Origin: Mytilus californianus
Taxonomy: Eukaryota
DNA: 64,000 bases
Assembly: GCF_021869535.1 (NCBI RefSeq)
Contig: NW_026262582.1
Coordinates: 34,782,001 to 34,846,000 of the forward strand
Direction of reading: 5' to 3'
Numbering within the stretch: position 1 is the stretch's first letter; the number at the start of each line of letters is the position of its first letter. The translations under genes and the position numbers were made by a program. The notes below the pieces were generated by a model that did not search any database, was not told where the DNA came from, and was given only the letters and a program-made list of their open reading frames with translations. This document shows positions 12,922 to 26,208 of the stretch, piece by piece.

Positions 12922-12975
12922 GTAGGTAAACAGTTATTCAAATACAAATAACTTGAAAAAATCTTTATATTTTAG

Positions 12976-13132
12976 CAACATCAACTTCCAGTAGCTTTTT
13001 GATCTTCAGTAACTTTGTGATAACACGGGATGAAGCACAGTATTGCTGTAGTAAATACGGCATGACACTGATGACTGTCAAAGACCAAACTACGCAAACA
13101 TGGCTGGAAAATAATTTGCTTCCAGTTGTAGG
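12976..13132 (+). CDS. Lectin exon: CTLD N-half (ITRDEAQYCCSKYGMTLMTVKDQTTQTWL)
   Basis: attttag acceptor, GG|GTACGT donor; fits the CTLD A-x3-C-x3-G-x2-L helix-1 pattern. Confidence 0.8.
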
Positions 13133-16100
13133 GTACGTAAATAAACCACTATCTAGCCTATCTAAATTCTTACCCTTCTGGAACACCTGAGACCACACAA
13201 GGTATTTGTTTGAGTTCGTGTTGTTCAGTCTTTAGTTTTCGATGTTGTGTTTTGTATACCTTTGTACATGTTGTACTGATTTTTGCCTTTGATCGTCTTT
13301 TGTTTTTTGTTTTTGCCATGGCGTTGTCGGTTTGTCTTCGACTTATGGAAGTACACCACTAATTCATGGCCCCATTGCTTTCTATGTTAAATTCCTCAAT
13401 TTCAAGCAGAACTTGTTCCCGGAACTTCGGATGTACCACACAGGTACTTCAGATCTGACAAACAGGCAAAATGTACCCTCCTTAAAAAGGGGTAGGTCCG
13501 GTAGGACCCCTTTTTGGCCCCAAAATATAGCATTTTTACAAATTTGTTGAAATGTATGCTTTTAGCTATTTATTGGAAAGTAGAATACTTTTGTTCCATA
13601 AATATGGGCTGTTTTTGACAATACAATGCACATGCACCAGGTACTAGCATCATGAATTCATGCAATACCACTGAAATCTCCACAATTTTAGCATTTGTAT
13701 TAATTTTAAGACGGTTTTTGTCTAAAATGGAAGTGGTCGCATTTGTGTTCAGTCTTAATATTTAAATATGTGTTGTACTTGATGATAATACATAACATAT
13801 ATAAAGGTTGAGACTGAACACGAATGCGGCCACTTCCATTTTAGACAAAACCCATCTGAAAAGGGACGTTTTATGGCATATTTGATAGATTATTCATATT
13901 CAAGCTTGATTTTTAGCGTCTTTAATGACCAAATCAGTTAAAAACTTTTACATAAATTAATTGAATCGACTGAAGTAGACACTTAAGTGTTTAAGAAATG
14001 TAAAAAATCTTTCATTAGATGTACTTCGAATTTTAGGCCAAAACTAGCCCTTACCGGACCTTCTCCTTTCATGCAATTTTTTTTATTAATATTCAAAATT
14101 ATAAGTCAAAAAGCATTCTACAATGATCACAAATCTTTCAGCTTTCATTTGATACCAAAATTACCTAAATATTCTACATATTTTGAAAGTTACATCCAAG
14201 CTTAGGAACTATTTTGTGTTAAATATGTACTCCTTTCTGGTATGTGCTTTCTGGCCGGGCCCGAATTAGTGGTGTTACACCTTATGACTTAGAATATCCC
14301 TTTTGTATGTTCGTTCTCTCTTTTAAATCACAATGCATGATGCCGTATTATTGTTTTCATTGTATAAGTACGGTATGTCTTGATTATAGATTAATTTAAT
14401 ATATTTTTTCAATAATGACAGTGAACATAAAGATGTTATAAGATTTAGATTAGCTGTTTGTTTGTGGACCGATGACTATACGTACTGTGCAATAATCGGA
14501 GACAAACAAACAATAAGCTGATTTTAATCAGATTAACGAATAATTTTACACAAATGTTCAAGTATGGTTACATAGAAAATTACTAAGTGAGATCAAACAT
14601 GTTCGGTACAATGTATCCGTATCACAATGGACAAATGTACTTGCAGCATGCATAGATTGATTTTAAACTAATTTCTATAATCTAGATACAAATACAGAAA
14701 GTTATTTTGATTTAGTTTTTAAGGTATTTAAACAGGTTGGGGAAGATCCTCAGAAATTGGTATTATCCCTATTAATTGGTATTATACCAGAATTCAAGAC
14801 TGGTTTCAATTTTTTGTGATAAAACATTAAATTGAGACCACAGTAAAGAACTGAAAAAAAAAGTGAGTAACCTCCAAAAATTATATTTTTTTTAAATGCC
14901 AATAATATTTATCCAAATTTAATGATGGTTCAGTCATGGTGCTTTTGGGGGTAAAATATTGTCTTTTACATGATTGATAACCATTAATGGGGCTAATACC
15001 CGTTTATGAGGATCATCTCAAACCTGTGAAAGAAAAAAAAAGTTTCCCCAAATTATTTATTATTTATTTTTCAACTATTATAGATATAAAAAACAAGGAA
15101 AAATAATTGTATTAATATGGAACATGAACTGCTGTTAACCGTAGAGTAAAGTCCTATGATACTTTACAAAGTTACATTTATACTGTATAATTCTATTGAG
15201 TAAAATATATGAGGGAGTGGACAGGGGTAAGGCAACATGTTAATGAGGGGACGGGAAGCAGGAGTCAGGATGCGTGAACTGGGGGAAGAGGGAGAGAAAA
15301 TAAGGATTTTCTGGGAACAAAATTTTGAATGATTTTCGTCTGGGATTAAGGAGGAGTGAAGTGGGAGTAACGGGGAGGAAATTGGGAGTTTTACACTAGT
15401 CATTTTTGGGGGCCCTGTATAGCTTGCTGTTCGGTGTGAGCCAAGGCTCCGTGTTGAAGGCCGTACTTTGACCTATAATGGTTTACTTTTACAAATTGTT
15501 ACTTGGACGGAGAGTTGTCTCATTGGCACTCATGCTACATCTTCTTATATCTATAAAAAGAAAACCAGGACAAACCCTCCGATGAAAAACTTTTGTGAAT
15601 AAAGCAGCTGATCAATTCTTAAAAAACCAAAGCCTTAAAGACACGTTTAGCTGTCAAAACATTAAACAGATGACAAAAATTACGGCGAATTCTAAAACAA
15701 ACAAAAAAATATTCTCTGACATCAGTGTAATGAGAATCTGTTTAGGCATTCTTTTTGAACTGGATCTTCACTGCAGGGGCTTAAAGGTCACCTTTTTCGG
15801 TATGATAAAACAGTTGTGGTCCTATCCAAAGTTGTTATTCCTGAAAGATTATTCCCTTGATGAATGCGCCACCTTTAGGCTTGTCAGTTTTCGACATTCA
15901 TCGCTTCATAAGGCCACCAGTGGTATACATGTACAGAGTTAAATTATTGTTTGTTTATATCACATAAAGTTAGAAATGCGTTTTATCAAATATCAACTCT
16001 TTCAAATAACTCTAGATTAGGTTTAGAAATAATCAGTTTATCAAATTATTATATTTTTATTGAGTCTATTTTGGAATTGAAATACATTAACACAGGTTAT

Positions 16101-19100
16101 TCCGTATATTACTCGCATGGTACATGCCGCATTTCTCAAAGATCGCAAAGATTATTCTACCAGCAAAGAACATTTCAATATCATCAAGGCCTAGGGTGTC
16201 GGATTTAATGTATACATTTTGACAGGAAGTTGCTGCGTATTTATGCATCCCATAAAACGTACAACCTACTTATATGAATATCCACAGTATTTTTCTTACT
16301 GCCTGACGTTATCTAGAAATCTATGTTTTCCTATTTCATTCCCTAGTCAACCGTTTCCACCTTAATTTTCAAATATAATACAGATTTTATACGTTCAATC
16401 AATAGACTATAATAACATAACAGTAGTTTGCAATTCCACTGAATGCAACAGTTGTCACCTTAATGTTTTGAGGTTGGTCTAAATGAAGTTGATAACTTGA
16501 TTGGTATTGATTCCCTGATATTTGTCCTAAAATGTGTTTGCTCTAGCACTACTGTTGAAAAAGTTAGTCCCCTTTTTGAAAATATGCAATGATGGTCATT
16601 GATTACTCGGTTACACATGTATATATTATATATGTATCATATGTCAGGGACTTTATATTTACATTCAAATATGGATAAAAACTGTAAAGATTGACAGAAA
16701 TGACAAAATTAATACAAATGCAAAGAAAATGGATTTTTATTTATAAAAGAAACTATTCCTTATATTATGCATAACAGGAAATGGAATGGTATATTTCTTT
16801 ATAAGACCCTTTTCTTTTTTAGTTGAGAAAACAAATATTTGGAATTGATGTTATTTAAGATATTCTCATTTTATTTTTCAACACTTTAAAATCTTAAGGT
16901 GGTACCTAACACTACAGGGAGATAACTCTGTAAAAATCAACTAAACGTTTTAATCACGTTATATTGGTAAGGAAATATTAAAGGGAAACTTCGCAAAAAA
17001 ATGAAAAATTGATATTATGTTCATTCTGTATAAAAAAGCACAAATTCATAATTATTAAAGTTTTATTCTGCTATATAAGAGATCACCATCGATTTTAAAT
17101 TTAGAGTATCAATTCTCTGCATGCGGCCATTTTGACATCTTCTCGGTTTCGAAACCACGATATATCTATAAACCACAAAGGACCAAAACTAGCAGTAACC
17201 TAACGTAGTCGTAATTGCGTGTCGATATCTTGTCAAGCGTACAGTTGTTTTATCCGACAAGAAAAGCATAAACAGTTTCCCGGGTCACAAACATGATTAT
17301 AATAGACATGGTTGTGCAACCTTTCCTAACTAACATGATACGGAAAATGTAATTATTTTTTTTTAATATCTAAAGTCTGTCGTTTTTTAACTGTTTTTTT
17401 TTACCAAGGATTTGTATTTGTTACTATACAAATTCTTGTTTTTACTAAGTTTTGAAACAAGAAATTTATATGGGAATTAGTTAAAAAGTCAAAGTTCAAA
17501 GTCATAAATAAGTGTCCCGTGTATAATTGTTTTCGAAAATCTAATTTGTTCATAATTTTTTTATGTAATAAACTTTTATGTAATAAACCAAGGCTCCGTG
17601 TTGAAGACCGTACTTTTACCTATAATGGTTTACTTTTATAAATTGACAATTTGTGACTTGGATGGAGAGTTGTCTCATTAGCACTCATACATCATTTTCT
17701 TATATCTAATTATTAAAATAAATTCAGACCTTCCCTTATCTGATCATCAGCATGCATATGGCTAAAGAAATTATTCCCAGAGGTATTGTGAGGTGACACG
17801 TCCAGGTATTCATGCGATTTCCTGTCGGACTTAAAAACTCTTATTACACAATTACATAAAGCAAGTTCATGCATCCCTTCATTTCTGAGGGTATTGATCA
17901 GTGTACACGGCCGATAACTTGTAACTTTCCATTTTGAAACTATCAGGTGTAATATACATCTTTGTCTTGCGTGTCCGAGAGTGATATACTAGTCATTACT
18001 AAACACATACGCTTGTTTATAAATAACATTTCTGGTGTAAAGAATGATATTTATGAAAATCTAAATAATTCCAAAAAAAGATTTGATAAAATTTTTCCAA
18101 GGGTAAATTGTGGAAAATGTAAGTATATACTCGTTGTCAATAATGATGGACATTTTGAAACATACAAAAATCATTGGTTAATACGCCTAGATAGAAAGTT
18201 ACGGATATAGATAGTCGCAATTAAAAATATATACATGTTTTTGAATATAACAGAGGAACATCCAGAACCAATTTGATTTAAATACAGGTTGATTTCTCAC
18301 TTGCTTTGGTTCATCGAAGTTATGGACATAGTAAAATCACAGATTTATATTTCATTTAGATTGTTCTCGAACAGTTAAAGAAATTCGTCATCACCACAAT
18401 TGTTGGATATAATGTATAATGATGTGAACATGGTTCTAAAAGTACATTATGCTAACTTTCCTATTCCGACATGCATGTAATATATATGCCACTGGACGTA
18501 CACTAATGATCCCCAAAAAATCTATTTGAAGAAATAAAGAAACTTCACTCCGGATAGACTGATAGTATTTGTATTAACGTCTGATTAGCTAGATGGTTGA
18601 TTAATTTATTTAGTTGGCTTGTGGGGGAATAAACTATTCCCAATATTGCACTTATGCATAAAATATTAAATGAGAGTAATATAAGAGAAAATATAAATAC
18701 GAAAAGTCGCATATCTGGTAAAAAAAAGTCTCACTGGCAACTATAGAATTTCACGTTCTATTGTCATTCTTAATCAAAATAACGGACAGTCATTAAAATG
18801 CATGTACACTTTGATAAAAAGGGGTGCCGCAGTTGCATATTATTCATCATACATCTATTTCAAGTATATACTTTCCTGTCATTCTTATAAGTTAACGCAG
18901 AGATGTGTAACTATACATCTCCAGTTAACGACAATCAACCATATAAATATTTGAATCTGATGTGACTTACCGTTCATCTCTTTCTTTTTTTTTCTTCTTT
19001 TTTTTTTTTTTGATTTGGGCAGGTACACAAACATTGTAATGTTAAATATACTGTTCCCAGGTTGGGAGGGGGGCTGTGGTTGGAGGTAAAGTATATTGAA

Positions 19101-22100
19101 AGTTACAAAATAAGAACGTTGTTTTTATGAATTTACATGAAGAATTCTGATCTTGGACAAAGGTTTCTTTTTTTTAGTTCAGTGATTTAAATTGAGAGAA
19201 AAAAATCTAGTCAGAATTTAAATCGTACCGGCAATTTCCACCTAAGACTCCTCTAAAATCATGAATGGTCACGCTTCACAATCATCAGAATTTTCTTTGC
19301 ATTGGTACATTCGGTATCGGTAGCGATTTACCTTGACATTTCCGGGTATAACAGAGCTACTTGTATATTACCTGTATGTGCTTAGGTGACGTTCCATGAG
19401 GTCTTACGTATACAGGTTCACATTTATAATGGTTTCTGATATAACAAGGTTTTATGGCATTCACACTTCTGCATGTTCTGTACACCATATCATTATCCTA
19501 TTTTCAGACCAAACGTGTGGATGTGAATATTTTCCAGGAAAAATATTGAGTATCAAAGTATCAAATTAATTTCGGGATTTTTTTCTTTCTTGGTATCAAA
19601 TCACAGAAATTTAAAGAATATACTGCTTGTCCGCTTGAGGTGTATTCTTGTCAGTTAAGACTGACATATATGTCTCTGGTATAGAGTGGGTTTATGAATG
19701 AATGATAAGTCTTGCAAAGGTACAAGATATAAAGCACATTGAAACTTGATTCCGCCGGTCTGTCTCCATTCAAAAAAGGAAAGTTGACGTAAGATTGAAT
19801 CTGTTATTTTTTTAAACATCGTTGGTCAAATAGCTAAAGTATGTACACGTTGTGAGATTTTAAATATTTTAATAAGGGCATTCCTGATTAGGTAAATTTA
19901 GATCGCTGTGGACGGACCAAGCTATATTAATCATGTAACCGCGATAATTTTCTCTAAACATTTAAATATTCAAGGTTAATACCCATGATAATTTGAAAAA
20001 GTAAGTACAGTGTTTGGTTTACACGCTCGTTTTCGTGGGCCATTTTTATTTATAAAATTATTTAATTAAAAGTAATTCAGAATTTCGATGTTACAACAAA
20101 ATACTCACCTATCTATTTTAAAATTAAGCTTACGAAAAATATAAAAGATATATATAACGGCGATTCAGGTATTTTGCCACCATATTCCTCCCCAAATAAT
20201 TAATGTTTTTATCATTCATACGAAATGTTGTTCACACCTGTAACGGTGAACCGTGTTGGCTAAATTCACTGAGTGAAGATCAAAAGAATAGAATTACAGA
20301 ATGCTAATCTTTTAATTACCTTGAATTTAACCACGCATTCAACAGGTAGTCACTAAGTGTCACAGTACAATACACATTGTATTTACACTGTACTAGTGGG
20401 AAATGTTTGCTAGACTGAAGTAAAAGCCTTCAGGTGAGAATACAAACATGCATTTGTAAAACAATATCAGTTATATATGTTTGTTCAAAATATCCGTCGG
20501 AAAAAAATCATAAAAATATATTCTATTGTATGATTTACTTTTATTACTATAATCATATCAGAAATCCTTTAAATATAAATCGTACATTTTAATTTTGAAA
20601 GTTGCACGGCTGATCACTTTACTTTCTTAATTATTAGTTGGTTAATAGCTTCGCCAAAAGTCGTCGATGCGCTTTAAATCGCGTTATTAGATGATTAACG
20701 AACAAGACTTACAATGAGATTTATTCACTCCCGGCATGCAAAAAGACTTAAACTACGTCACATAAGTCAGGAAGTTCGAATAAATTAAATTATTAATTCC
20801 CAATTTTCTTCTTTATTAGTGTTCATATCCAGATAAAACTTGGTGAATATGTTTTTTATGGTATTATGAACATATTAAGATGAAAAGTAAAAAATCGCGA
20901 ATTTTCCCTTTAAGCTTCTCTATGATCAAAATTAGTGTTTGTCAAACTGCTATATAACCAGTGAAATTTTTCTGATAAAGTGGTTGGTTCAAATTATTTG
21001 AAATTTTTATATTTTTGTCAAAGGGTCAAAGTAAACATTTTGTCAAAATTTTAGGAAAATTAAACGAGCCAAATTAATATTAGTCAAGGTGTTGGGTACC
21101 ACCTTAATTGACATCTGAAGACGATGCAAACGAAAGACTTCAAAAATAGACAAAAAAGGCGTGGTTTGTTGCTTAACCAATTATTTTAAAGAACAATTGA
21201 TTGATTGATTGATTGTTGGAGTTTAACGCCACTTTCTACATCATTGGCTACATCAAGGCGGTCAGTTTTTATTGGCGAAGGACGCCAGAGCACACGAATA
21301 GAACCACCGACCTTCGACGGGAAAAATAACAATCCTAGATAATTTTATCGAACGCACCTGTCACGTGCAAATGAACATAATTATAATTGTTTTATGTCTG
21401 TTTTTTTTTTTGTTCTGTATAATTTGATTTTATTATCTATTTTTTTTAACGTATTTGGCTTCTATTAATTTTGATCTCGAATGTAAATTTGCCGTCATAC
21501 GTTTATCTAAGGGTCTAGATAAGGGTTTACAGAATAGAGAATAAACGGGAAAGGGGGGGGGGGGTAAATAATAAGGAACAATTGATGAGTTAAAGAGAAG
21601 ATAATGAACAGGTGCTCAAATATAAACAATAAACTGATAAATTAAAAAAAAGACGAAAATTGAAGACCATCCCCAAAGCCAGACCCTCACATGTAACTTT
21701 AGCTCACACCTCCTTTTAATTGATAAAAATTATGACAAACAAAACAAAACAAAAAACGTTCAAACAAACAAGCAAACAAAAATATGTCAATTGACTGCTG
21801 CATGATATCTTTGTTTAAATTTTAATTATATTTCGACTTTAGAACAACAGGAGCCTATTGGTTAGGAGTGTTTAGTGACAACAAAACTTCTGAGGTCTAT
21901 GATGTTAAAACTGAACCCATTTCCTGGACAAATTGGGACGAAGGAAGTTTACCTCCAGAAAATACTGGTCCAAATGGAACTTTTATGTTCAACTCATCTG
22001 TATGTGTTAAAGGAGATTTAAGTGATGACTTTAAATGGAAGTTGGCGAGTTGTGAAGAAAAACTACCTTACATATGTCAAACATTTGGTAAGTTTTTTTT

Positions 22101-25100
22101 ATTAACTTACATTTGTACACATGTATCATACCTGGCTTGTTGACTTGTATTTGACAGTACAGTTGGTACCAGTTCAAAAAAAGTGTTTATTTTTAACTTA
22201 TTTAGCCCCTAATATTAGCAAGTGTATACTAGTTAAGACACAACAAAGTCTTTATATATATGTTTTACAATTCACGATTTAGTTTTGTTAAATGAGTTAG
22301 GTTTGATTGATAGTATAATTACTAGGGAACAGCTTTGATCCATGGGCAGTACATGTTATCAATATAAAATAAGGAGATGTGGTATGGTTGCCAATAACAT
22401 AACTATCCATCAGAGTCCAAATGACTTAGATTAAAGCAACTAAATGTCACCCATTAATAGCAACACATGACAGGTTCTTTACAGGTAATCTTAATCAAGA
22501 TTAAAACAGCACAGCGTTGTTTACAAATCAATGTAATGTAATGATTAATGTCATTGTTTTTGTAAAAAAAAATAATTAAATGCATTTCAGTAATTTTGAG
22601 ACAATTCTCAATATTTTCTCGGCAAACTATAATAAGAACTTCCTATTGCATATTTTACGTATTGTAGTGCCGTGTGACACGTTTCCAGTTTCTTCTTTGG
22701 TCTACTTACTAGAGTCAAAACATTGAGGGGGTATAATTAGTTCTTGTTTACGGTATTTCTTGTTAAGCCCACACCATTAAGTAGTTAGTTCTCCATTGTT
22801 ATTCTCATATTCCATTTCTATTTATTTGATTTCTATTTCTTAGATATTTCATTTCATTTCACAGCTGATTTGGTTTTCGCTTCTAATAAGTTGTTTCTTG
22901 CATATTTGACTAAAACGTACGTTGATTTCTATAACACATTTATGAATAATGCAAACTGAAGGTTACAATGACAATCATGACGGTTTTTTTTTTAATTCTG
23001 AAATGTATCGGATAATTAACCGACAAGAAAATGTATGTCTTATTTTGAATAAGTTACTAAAACGTAACGTAAATCCTATAAAACATTCACTTAACCAATA
23101 CTTCGTTTACACGCTAAATTCATTACTGCAATACAATGTTGTTTTTATTTCCATCAGCAGGGGAAGTGACGTACTTATTAAGCATTCTTCCAGATTGATA
23201 TTTTAATATAAAATATACGAGATTATATCCAATATTAAGACTTGTATCTCATAAAAACATATTACGTAGATGTCGACCAGCACGATTTTTTTTATTTAGT
23301 CATAATTTCATCACTAACGAGTACAAGTTTTGAATTTCAGTTTCAGAAGTGTTCATGGAAGTTAAATTGTTCGAATTGTAAATTTTTCAAATAGACTTGC
23401 TATTTATCATATGTGCGAAATTATTTTTTTTAAACATTGAAGAAAAGATTGAATGTTGCATCTTTCGAATCACTTAAAATGTGTGAAATATATTGTTTGA
23501 TTTTTTGTTTAAAGGAAGAAAGCTCATTGAACGCATGAATGTCGAAATAAATTAAACAAAATTTTTATTTAAAGGATCACTGGAAGAAAAAAAGTGATAA
23601 GGGAAAAAAGAAAACAAAGCAATCATTTGTTATAAAATTCAGTTTTATCAAATCATATATACTGAAAGACTTTCAAAAAACTCAAAAACTCTATTTGATT
23701 TCTTTGATATCATAGTCATTAAGTATTGTCAAATCAATTAATTCCGAAGCTTGTCGCAAAAAGAATGCGAATTTTCGAACGCATAGGTTAGTGAAGAAAA
23801 AAAAATATAGTATAGTATGAATACTTTTCATTGTCGTTTGATTCGATTTAAAACTCGCGAAATTTTAAACACAGTCAAAGTAGATTAAAATACTATTTTT
23901 AAGTAGCTCAATTTTAAGTTTTATTGTCGGATTTCTAATTTTCGCATTTTTATTGTCTCTGATTTTGATATACGTGTAAGGCGTCTTTTTCAGACAACAT
24001 TTACGCGAGGTTAGTTATTACGTATTTTCGCGATCTTAATATATCTTATTCGCGGAATTAGCAATAATTCGATTTATGAGACTTGAACATCGGTTAACAT
24101 CTTAATTCCGCATTCTTGGTTGAAGATCGAACCCATGTCACTCGCTTTTGCGGCAACAACGTTATTAAGAGACAACCAATGTTGTTTATCTATTATACTC
24201 TCGCATTTGCGGCAACAACGTTATTAAGAGACAACCAAGGTTGTTTATCTATACAACATATCAATCAGTGTTTACCAACTGTGACACATTTTCTAAAAAA
24301 TCATACATTTATCATGTTTTTTTTTCTGTGAAACATTTTATAAATGAAATCATACATTAATTTTAGTTAATGACAGTATGAACATTGTCGATGTCGGTGA
24401 TCATAGCCATATAACATGTCCTGCTTTATTGAAGTATAAATCCACAAGCATTAGTCGTGTAGGAAACATCCTCCAAGACGGAGTGGCATACGGTAAGTAT
24501 CAGTAAATAACTGAGTGGCACAAGATACATTTGTAAGTACTAAAAATAATTAAAAAAAACAGAGAAATATTCATCGTTCAATTCGATCAGAACCAATAAA
24601 ACCTGAGCTGACTGTGCGGTATGGGCTTTGCGTATTGTTGAAGGCCGTACGGTGACCTACAGTTGTTAATGTCTGTGTCATTTGGTCTCTTGTGGAGAGT
24701 TGTCTCATGGCAATCATACCATATCTTCTTTTTTATTAAGTACTAATAAAATCAAAGTTACAATTAAGTACCAATACAAAACGGAGTCGTATGTCATAAA
24801 TACTTGTTAACGAAGTGGCATATTGTAAGTACTAATGAAAACCATAGTGGCATGTAGTACAAATGTAAGTACCAAAAAAATATAATATCATAGAACCAGG
24901 AGTGGCATAGTGTTAGAACCAGTGAACGGAGTGGCATAGTGTTAGAACCAGTGAACGGAGTGGCATAGTGATAGAACCAGTGAACGGAGTGGCATAGTGT
25001 TAGAACCAGTGAACGGAGTGGCATAGTGTTAGAACCAGTGAACGGAGTGGCATAGTGTTAGAACCAGTGAACGGAGTGGCATAGTGTTAGAACCAGTGAA

Positions 25101-26208
25101 CGGAGTGGCATAGTGTTAGAACCAGTGAACGGAGTGGCATAGTGTTAGAACCAATGAACATAGTGGCATAGTGTTAGAACCAATGAACGGTGTGGCATAG
25201 TGTTAGAGCCAAAAAACAGAGTTGCATAGTGTCAGAACCAATGAACGGAGTGGCATAGTGTCAGAATCAATGAACAGAGTTGCAAAGTGTTAGAACCAAT
25301 GAACGGAGGGGCATAGTGTTAGAACCAATGCACGGAGTGGCATAGTGTCAGAACCAGTGAACAGAGTGGCATAGTGTTAGAACCAGTGAACGGAGTGGCA
25401 TAGTGTTAGAACCAATGCACGGAGTGGCATAGTGTTAGAACCAGTAAACAGAGTGGCATAGTGTTAGATCCAATGAACGGAGTGGCATAGTGTTAGAATC
25501 AATGTACGGAGTGACATAGTGTTAGAACCAATGAACGGAGTGGCATAGTGTTAGAACCAATGAACGGAGTGAAGAGTGAAATAGTGTTAGAACCAAAAAA
25601 TGGAGGAGCACATGACAAATACCAACACAACACTTCGGTAGAAACTTTTGAGCAGGTTCCTGCAAAGTTCTAATTCCTTATGCAGTTTCGGCTTTACTTT
25701 TGTTTCTTTTTGTTTTATAACATCTACAACGTGTATATACAACGTTTATATTAGCTACGGTATTATATTTTTCAAATATGTTTGCCTCGACCATCACTAA
25801 ACATTAACTAAAAGACACTAATTGCAAATATGTTGCAGTAAAATTTGTGCGGTCAATGGTATCAAACTAATTATTTTTATTTTAAAATATCAGAACAGCG
25901 TTTTTTAAAATAAAATCTAGAGAAAAAGTTATTCACAGTTTTTACGATAACTTCTTACATATGATAGTGAAAACTTGTCCGTTTATCTTGAAAGTAAATT
26001 TTTAATTTTAGTTTTGGTTTCTTCCTTTTTAGCTGGGACACAAGGACTATTTGAAAAGGAGGACAAGATAAAGGAAATGTCGTCACAGCTAGATGCTCAT
26101 TTTGTAACAAACTATCATGATTGTATTATCCTATGCATGAATCATGCTCAATGCTCTGAGGTCATACTTGTCAGTAATCAACTGTGCATGCTGTACCAGT
26201 CTAGTTAG
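12976..26208 (+). CDS. Spliced gene span (>=4 exons): C-type lectin domain + linker + PAN/apple domain protein
   Basis: Exons 12976-13132, 21843-22087, 24367-24492 and 26033-26208 join in frame (phases 1/2/1/1) to ~234 aa; AATAAA at 26342. Confidence 0.8.
13484..14069. mobile_element. TIR element with an internal 40-bp palindrome
   Basis: Ends AAAGGGGTAGGTCCGGTA / TACCGGACCTTCTCCTTT; inner arms 13716-13755 and 13811-13850; TSD not clean. Confidence 0.5.
16898..21103. mobile_element. TTAA-target MITE (Kolobok/piggyBac-type target), interrupted by a second element
   Basis: TIRs GGTGGTACCTAACAC / GTGTTGGGTACCACC (14/15), TTAA at 16894-16897 and 21104-21107. Confidence 0.75.
16982..20909. mobile_element. 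Nested 3.9-kb TTAA-target non-autonomous element
   Basis: TIRs AGGGAAACTTCGC / GCGAATTTTCCCT (12/13), TTAA at 16978-16981 and 20910-20913; no transposase recognised. Confidence 0.7.
21843..22087 (+). CDS. Lectin exon: CTLD C-half (YWLG...WTNW...C...W...C...PYICQ)
   Basis: ctttag acceptor, G|GTAAGT donor; WIGL-like, W-x-N-W, W-x4-C and Y/F-I-C motifs. Confidence 0.88.
24142..24252. repeat. 59-bp tandem duplication
   Basis: GCGGCAACAACGTTATTAAGAGACAACCAA at 24150 and 24209. Confidence 0.85.
24367..24492 (+). CDS. Lectin exon: 42-codon linker (NDSMNIVDVGDHSHITCPALLKY...DGVAY)
   Basis: ttttag acceptor, CG|GTAAGT donor, open symmetric phase 1-1 exon; no domain recognised. Confidence 0.65.
24891..25600. 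repeat. 29-bp minisatellite, ~24 copies, in lectin intron
   Basis: Unit ACGGAGTGGCATAGTGTTAGAACCAGTGA; left copies near-perfect, right copies diverged. Confidence 0.95.
26033..26208 (+). CDS. Lectin terminal exon: PAN/apple domain (DCIILCMNHAQCSEV...LCMLY-stop)
   Basis: cctttttag acceptor, phase 1; C-x3-C-x5-C-x10-C-x-L-Y PAN core. Confidence 0.8.

Noticed and set aside
15595-16208. ORFs of 115 and 85 aa in the lectin intron
   Set aside because: No motifs, no compatible splice sites, stops in all antisense frames.
24891-25600. 29-bp repeats as a CRISPR array
   Set aside because: Head-to-tail units with no unique spacers, eukaryotic intron, no cas genes; ORF 24794..25024 is a by-product.
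25975-26032. Apparent signal peptide making ORF 25975..26208 a single-exon secreted PAN peptide
   Set aside because: Starts at TTG, and the hydrophobic stretch is the polypyrimidine tract of the acceptor at 26032.
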